A DNA stretch of 64,000 nt. Source: Scyliorhinus canicula (taxonomy: Eukaryota). Within the stretch, counting starts at the first letter, position 1. Every line of letters begins with the position of its first letter. The notes below the pieces were generated by a model, which saw nothing but the letters and a program-made list of their open reading frames with translations, was not told the origin of the DNA and made no database searches. Below are positions 63,301 through 64,000 of the stretch, one piece after another. Location: positions 130,964,432 through 131,028,431 of the forward strand of contig NC_052159.1 in assembly GCF_902713615.1 (NCBI RefSeq), in the 5' to 3' direction. The translations under genes and the position numbers were made by a program.

Positions 63301-64000
63301 TTCCTCAGCTGAATGTCTGCAGCCTTGTACCATCCATGTTGCAAACATTGGGGAAGCTTCTCAGCAAAGTACTCGGTAATTGGCTTCATTTTATGTCCAT
63401 TATTTGTGAACTGAATTAATGCAATGTATTTGACTTTGCATTTGGTGTTTTTTTTATTTCTACAACTGGGGAGGAACCTATGAGTATTTTCAAGAAAAGG
63501 ATAATACAGTGATGAGTGAGAACAGAAAGGGAAGGAGTCTAAGGCTGCCAGTGAACTGAGAATTGCAGGTGAGCTTATTGTTCATGAACAATCTAATCAC
63601 GTAGAGCCTGGACAGAAAGGAGCAATTTACAGTGAAGCCACCCTTTCTCTTCATCCACTTGTTCTTGTACTTACCTGGTTCATGCTCCAGCTCTTCAGCA
63701 TGTATACCTGATAGTAAGGGCTATTTCCACATAATCACTGCAATGTTCACATGTAGATTTTGCCACAAATCTCAATGGGTATTTCCATTGCTTAAAGATG
63801 CCAATTTTGTTTCTATAATGTTCATTGTGACAGCATGGTTTTCAATGCAGGCCTTCTGTATAGGTGCTTGCGGGATATGAACATGCATATAAATATACCA
63901 GTGAGGAGCAGGAGTTGGTTATTTGGCCCCTCGAACCTGCTCTGCTATTCAAGAAGGTCATGGCAGCTAAGTGCTTCCTGCTATGAAAAAGAGGAAGTTA

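Noticed and set aside
1-64000. tRNA genes, rRNA genes or CRISPR arrays
   Set aside because: All A/B-box sequences are SINE heads; no repeat-spacer array; the sequence is vertebrate.

Overview
Repeat-dense vertebrate intergenic or intronic DNA, almost certainly from an elasmobranch (HE1-type V-SINEs, HER1/CR1 LINEs, Deu-type SINEs; catshark-like). No host protein-coding exon could be supported. The main object is a 6.5-kb full-length but decayed PIF/Harbinger transposon (46158-52697). It carries a spliced Myb/SANT gene on + and a HARBI1-like DDE transposase on -, and it is inserted in a CR1 LINE. About ten GC-rich Harbinger MITEs share its GGGC..GATTCTCC termini, and there are further internally deleted Harbinger relics. 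Also present: a Gmr1-like Gypsy relic (integrase before RT), a small deleted Gypsy element with intact LTRs and a self-complementary PBS, solo LTRs, a rearranged gag-pro retroelement with inverted LTR-like pieces, and many LINE/SINE fragments. The most interesting unexplained signal is a ~80-nt box C/D (K-turn) snoRNA-like element downstream of the transposase stop, retained in a second, divergent Harbinger that has lost almost everything else. All calls come from reading the sequence by eye; boundaries of old repeats are approximate.
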